Source: a bacterium
GTDB lineage: Bacteria > UBP7 > UBA6624 > JBBIMK01
Assembly: GCA_037444445.1 (NCBI GenBank)
Contig: JBBIMK010000012.1
Span: forward strand, 1 to 18,300
Length of the DNA stretch: 18,300 bases
Direction of reading: 5' to 3'
In this document: one piece after another, positions 14,766 to 18,300 of the stretch
Layout of the letters: every line of letters begins with the position of its first letter
How positions within the stretch are numbered: position 1 is the stretch's first letter
Program-made: the position numbers and the translations under genes
The notes under the pieces: model-generated
Database searches by the model: none
What the model was told of the DNA's origin: nothing
What the model saw: the letters and a program-made list of their open reading frames with translations, nothing else

Positions 14766-15677
14766 ATGGGAAAGAAAGAAACTTATGAGGAAGCGCTGGC
14801 TCTCATCCGGCAAGGTGTCTATGATGCGGAAGTAGCCAGAAGAACAGGGTATACTCGGGAGCGCATCCGCCAGTTGCGGGTGCAAATGGGGCTCCCTTTA
14901 TCCTCTCACTATTTCTCCTATGTGGATGCGGTTCTGAAGTATTCCACGGACCAGGAATTTATGAAGAAGTTGAGGGCTTACTGGGAGGATGAGAGATGTT
15001 ACAATGACAAACAGATTGCTCGCTTTCTCCAGGTGTCTCCCGAGCTCATTGGTCTCCTGCGGGAGAAGTTCAAGATTCCTGCGCATTGGAAGCGGGTAGA
15101 GGCTCTTCTGTTGCCCTATCTGGAAAAAAGAATGGATACTGAATTGGCTCATCAATTCGGCCTATCCGTTATTAGGGTTGCAGGGGCGCGCAAACGCCTG
15201 GGCATCCCCAGTTATCGGGCCCGGAAAATGCAATTCCTCTCCAGCAAAGCTTTTCGGGATGCTCTGGGGAAAATGTATGATAAAGAAGTGGCTCAACAAT
15301 TTGGCGTCCATGTAAACACCGTGGTCCGATATCGCAAACGCCTGGGCATCCCCTCTTTTCATCCGGCGATGAGAAAAAGGGAGTTAATGTCACAGAAAGC
15401 CTTCCTGGAAGCACTGGGAAAGATGCTGGACAGGGCAGTTGCTCGTCAGTTTGGCGTCAGCAAGTCCGCTGTCCAGAGATATCGGACTCGTCTGGGCATC
15501 CCTCCTGTTTATCCGAGGAGAAGAACAGAGGAGTTAATGTCGCAGAAAGCCTTCCTGGAAGCACTGGGAAAGATGCTGGACAGGGCAGTTGCTCGTCAGT
15601 TTGGCGTCAGCGTGTCCACTGTTCAGAAATATCGGACTCGTCTGGGTATCCCGGCGTATAAATCACAGAAAAAGTGA
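14766..15677 (+). CDS. protein made of six tandem helix-turn-helix modules (GcrA / sigma-70 region 4-like), function unknown
   Basis: The six HTH modules are DAEVARRTGYTRERIRQLRVQMGLP, DKQIARFLQVSPELIGLLREKFKIP, DTELAHQFGLSVIRVAGARKRLGIP, DKEVAQQFGVHVNTVVRYRKRLGIP, DRAVARQFGVSKSAVQRYRTRLGIP and DRAVARQFGVSVSTVQKYRTRLGIP. The start at ATG 14766 is 8 nt after AGGAAGG. The longest ORF begins at 14730. Confidence 0.85.
   Translation: MGKKETYEEALALIRQGVYDAEVARRTGYTRERIRQLRVQMGLPLSSHYFSYVDAVLKYSTDQEFMKKLRAYWEDERCYNDKQIARFLQVSPELIGLLREKFKIPAHWKRVEALLLPYLEKRMDTELAHQFGLSVIRVAGARKRLGIPSYRARKMQFLSSKAFRDALGKMYDKEVAQQFGVHVNTVVRYRKRLGIPSFHPAMRKRELMSQKAFLEALGKMLDRAVARQFGVSKSAVQRYRTRLGIPPVYPRRRTEELMSQKAFLEALGKMLDRAVARQFGVSVSTVQKYRTRLGIPAYKSQKK
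15087..15677 (+). repeat. intragenic tandem repeat, four units of 144, 150, 150 and 147 bp
   Basis: The units start at 15087, 15231, 15381 and 15531. The last two differ at 1 of their first 80 nt and 7 of their first 120 nt by hand alignment. The caaacgcctgggcatcccc string recurs at 15191 and 15335. Confidence 0.85.
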
Positions 15678-15704
15678 ATCTTTCGGAGGCATGGCTCTCT
15701 GGGC

Positions 15705-16640
15705 TTATGGGTGAAGGTTTCGGCTGATTTCATCCAGGGAAGCCACTTCTTCAGGGGTCAGATACCATCCGGTGGCGCCAGCATTTTCAACCACCTGGCG
15801 GGCATTTTTGGCGCCCGGAATGGGCACCGCTCCCTTGCACATCACCCAGTTGAGGGCAATCTGGGCGGGCGTCTTTCCCCCGTGCGCTTCCCCAAATTCC
15901 CGAAGGCGTTGAATGAAAGGCTGTATCTGAAAAAGAAGCCTTCCCCCGTAGCGGCGATTGCGAAACCCGGGAGGTGGATGTTCCGGAGTATACTTCCCGG
16001 TCAAAATGCCCATCCCCAGAGGGCTGTAGGCAATGAGTGTGACACCCATTTCCTGGCAGGCTTGAAGAAGGCCATTCCGCTCCGGCTCCCGCTTCAAAAG
16101 GCTGTATTCTACCTGATTGGAAGCCAATGGAATACCGCGCCGGGAGAGGACTTCATAAGCCCTTCTCATCTGGTGAAGACTATAGTTGGAGACGCCCACT
16201 GCACGGGTTAAGCCTGCGTCCACGGCATCTGCCAGGGCATCCGCCCAGACCTCCACCCGACGAAGAGGGATGGGCCAGTGAACCTGATACAGGTCCACGC
16301 GTGGGAGCCCCAGCCTTTGCAAACTCCTTTTTAATGCCTTCATCAGGCTTCCCTTCAGGAAATGCCAGGGCATAAACTTCGTGGCGATGACCACCTTTGC
16401 CTGCGTCCTGTGGATGAAAGTTCCGAGGAAGCGTTCTGATAGCCCCATTCCATACACTTCTGCGGTATCAAAGAAATCAATGCCCAACTTCAAGCTTTTT
16501 TGAAACGCTTCATACAGGTCGTTCTCATTGTATTCCTTGCCGAAGCCCCAGTAGAATTTATCCCCCCACTGCCAGGTGCCCACGCCGAGAGGGGGGATTT
16601 CCACCTTCGTCCTGCCCAGCGGAATTCTGGGGACTTCCAT
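15705..16640 (-). CDS. aldo/keto reductase family oxidoreductase
   Basis: AKR pattern LGRTKVEIPPLGVGTWQWG, GIDFFDTAEVYG, VVIATKF, VDLYQVHWP, GVSNYS and LIAYSPLGMGILTGKY. ATG 16640 is preferred. The track start TTG 16658 adds 6 residues. Confidence 0.9.
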   Translation of the reverse strand: MEVPRIPLGRTKVEIPPLGVGTWQWGDKFYWGFGKEYNENDLYEAFQKSLKLGIDFFDTAEVYGMGLSERFLGTFIHRTQAKVVIATKFMPWHFLKGSLMKALKRSLQRLGLPRVDLYQVHWPIPLRRVEVWADALADAVDAGLTRAVGVSNYSLHQMRRAYEVLSRRGIPLASNQVEYSLLKREPERNGLLQACQEMGVTLIAYSPLGMGILTGKYTPEHPPPGFRNRRYGGRLLFQIQPFIQRLREFGEAHGGKTPAQIALNWVMCKGAVPIPGAKNARQVVENAGATGWYLTPEEVASLDEISRNLHP

Positions 16641-16704
16641 CCTCAATCGCCTGCCCAACCCTCATTGTAACACGGCTGACGGTTCAGTATGAACAGTGAG
16701 TGGT

Positions 16705-16733
16705 TTGACATACCTTCTTGTATTTTGTATACT
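16705..16733 (+). promoter_or_regulatory. promoter of the aldehyde dehydrogenase gene
   Basis: Perfect TTGACA (16705-16710), 17-nt spacer, TATACT (16728-16733). The leader is about 80 nt before GGAGGGGGG-ATG 16821. Confidence 0.5.
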
Positions 16734-16820
16734 GCTTAACGGTGCTCAACGCACCGGGGCCGGGTAAAAAAGCCTGGCGGAAGAAGAGAGGGAAAGAGCG
16801 AAGGAGCAAGTGGAGGGGGG

Positions 16821-18263
16821 ATGAAAGAGATGAAGATGTTCATTCAGGGCGAGTGGGTGGATTCCATCAGCGGTGAGAGGATGGAGATACGCAACCCCGC
16901 CACCGGTGAGGTGGTGGACACCGTTCCGAAAGGCACGGAAGAGGATGCTCAAAGGGCGATAGATGTGGCTTATCAAGCCTTTCCGGAGTGGGCGGAGACT
17001 CCTCCTGAAAAACGGGCACAGGTGCTGTTCAAAGCACTGGAACTCATCCAGGAGAAGAAAAGCGAACTGGCTGTGCTTCTGACAAAGGAGCAGGGTAAAC
17101 CGGTGAGTGAATCGGTGCGGGAGATAGACCACTTCCTTCACGGGATGGAGTTCTATGCCGGGCTTGCCACGAAGATTCGGGGAGCCTATGTGCCTTTACC
17201 CGAGAAGGGAATGTATGGAATGGTGCTGAAGAAGCCGGTTGGAGTTTGCGGAGCCATCGTGCCGTGGAACTTTCCCATCACCCTGATGGGAACCAAGGTC
17301 TGCCCGGCTCTGATAGCGGGGAATACGGTGGTGGTGAAGCCTGCCAGCACTACACCTCTGACCACACTTCAAATCATAGAACTCATTCACAGGGCAGGGC
17401 TACCGAATGGGGTTTTGAACTGCGCCACTGGACCGGGAAGCACGGTGGGTGAGGAACTCTTACGAAACCCGAAGGTTCGCCGAATCGCTTTCACGGGGGA
17501 AACGAAAACGGGGCGGCATGTGATGGAAGTCGCAGGGCGGGAAATCAAGCGTGTTACCTTAGAGTTAGGCGGCTCCGACCCGATGATTGTCTGCGACGAT
17601 GCCAATATGAAGAAAGCCCTCACCGGCGCTTCCGTTGGCAGATTTTATAACTGCGGACAAGCCTGCCTCGCCATCAAACGCCTCTATCTGTTTGAAAAAA
17701 TCGCAGATGACTTCATGGCCGGCTTGATAGAAAAAGTGAAACGCCTGAAGGTGGGAAATGGGCTGAAGGAAGATACCCGAATCGGCCCACTTCACACAGA
17801 AGCCCAGAGAAAGGAAGTAGAAGAACAGGTGGAGGACGCCATCCAGAGGGGAGCAAAGATTCTCATCGGCGGGAAGCGCCCCACGGGTGAAGAATATGAT
17901 AGAGGCTTCTTCTACCTCCCTACCCTGCTCACCGATGTAGACGCCTCCTCACGCATCGTTCAGGAGGAGTGCTTCGGTCCTGCCCTCCCCATCTTCCGAG
18001 TCAAAGACCTGAAGGAAGCCATTCAGATGGCAAACTCTTCCCCCTATGGCCTGGGAGCATCCATCTGGACTTCTGACCTGACGAAAGCCTATCAGGCGGC
18101 GGAGCAGTTAGAAGCCGGCAATGTCTGGATTAACTCTCTCCACATCGGCTACGATGAACTTCCCTTCGGCGGTGTGAAACAGAGCGGAGTCGGTAGAGAA
18201 CACGGACAAGAAGCATTGGAATACTACCTGGAGCCTAAAGGCGTCGTGGTCGCCACCGAATAG
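16821..18263 (+). CDS. NAD(P)+-dependent aldehyde dehydrogenase family protein
   Basis: 480 aa. WNFP, GPGSTVGEEL, catalytic Glu in LELGGSDP, catalytic Cys in FYNCGQACLAIKR, and EECFGP and PFGGVKQSG near the C-terminus. Confidence 0.95.
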   Translation: MKEMKMFIQGEWVDSISGERMEIRNPATGEVVDTVPKGTEEDAQRAIDVAYQAFPEWAETPPEKRAQVLFKALELIQEKKSELAVLLTKEQGKPVSESVREIDHFLHGMEFYAGLATKIRGAYVPLPEKGMYGMVLKKPVGVCGAIVPWNFPITLMGTKVCPALIAGNTVVVKPASTTPLTTLQIIELIHRAGLPNGVLNCATGPGSTVGEELLRNPKVRRIAFTGETKTGRHVMEVAGREIKRVTLELGGSDPMIVCDDANMKKALTGASVGRFYNCGQACLAIKRLYLFEKIADDFMAGLIEKVKRLKVGNGLKEDTRIGPLHTEAQRKEVEEQVEDAIQRGAKILIGGKRPTGEEYDRGFFYLPTLLTDVDASSRIVQEECFGPALPIFRVKDLKEAIQMANSSPYGLGASIWTSDLTKAYQAAEQLEAGNVWINSLHIGYDELPFGGVKQSGVGREHGQEALEYYLEPKGVVVATE

Positions 18264-18273
18264 GAAAATGACA

Positions 18274-18298
18274 CCGTTTGGTGCCTGACCCCAAAAGG
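18274..18298. repeat. copy 2 of the 22-nt hairpin repeat, 14 nt after the aldehyde dehydrogenase stop (terminator-like position)
   Basis: 18277-18298 is identical to 9168-9189. The stem is CCGTTTGG/CCAAAAGG (7 of 8 pairs) with loop TGCCTGACC. The window ends at 18300, so downstream context is missing. Confidence 0.5.
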
Positions 18299-18300
18299 GG

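Noticed and set aside
16746-17141. 131-aa minus-strand ORF spanning the ALDH 5' region
   Set aside because: It overlaps the ALDH promoter and leader and is antisense to its conserved N-terminus. No signals support it.
1-18300. Scan for tRNA T-loops, rRNA, CRISPR repeat-spacer periodicity, transposase or integrase genes and terminal inverted repeats
   Set aside because: None were found by eye. The only repeats are the intragenic HTH units and the 22-nt hairpin element.

Overview
Compact bacterial chromosomal segment. Strong GGAGG-type Shine-Dalgarno sites and several TTGACA-N17-TAnnnT promoters are visible. Charged, Glu/Lys-rich proteins hint at a thermophile, but that is only an inference. 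Most of the window is ordinary housekeeping. It holds an MsrB-MsrA fusion, a large polytopic membrane protein, a YfhO-like GT-C membrane protein, a short-chain acyl-CoA dehydrogenase and a small thioredoxin-fold protein. It also holds pyruvate,phosphate dikinase, a PlsC-type acyltransferase, MTA phosphorylase, an aldo/keto reductase and an aldehyde dehydrogenase. I saw no rRNA, tRNA, CRISPR array, transposase or integrase. The most unusual item is a gene (about 14766-15677) whose product is six tandem GcrA/sigma-r4-like helix-turn-helix modules and nothing else. Its last two 150-bp units are about 94% identical over their first 120 nt, and their non-synonymous differences cluster in the predicted recognition helix. 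Next to its promoter lies an N-terminally truncated TrkA-C (RCK_C) remnant on the opposite strand. Other points worth a second look follow. The AT-richer patch at 4096-5096 looks like a decayed membrane-anchored TPR gene read across three frames. An unlisted 58-aa CxxC membrane ORF has an excellent promoter and RBS. A 22-nt hairpin element occurs twice in the window. MsrBA has two well-supported in-frame starts, one membrane-anchored and one soluble. All family calls come from motif recognition by eye. No database search was run.
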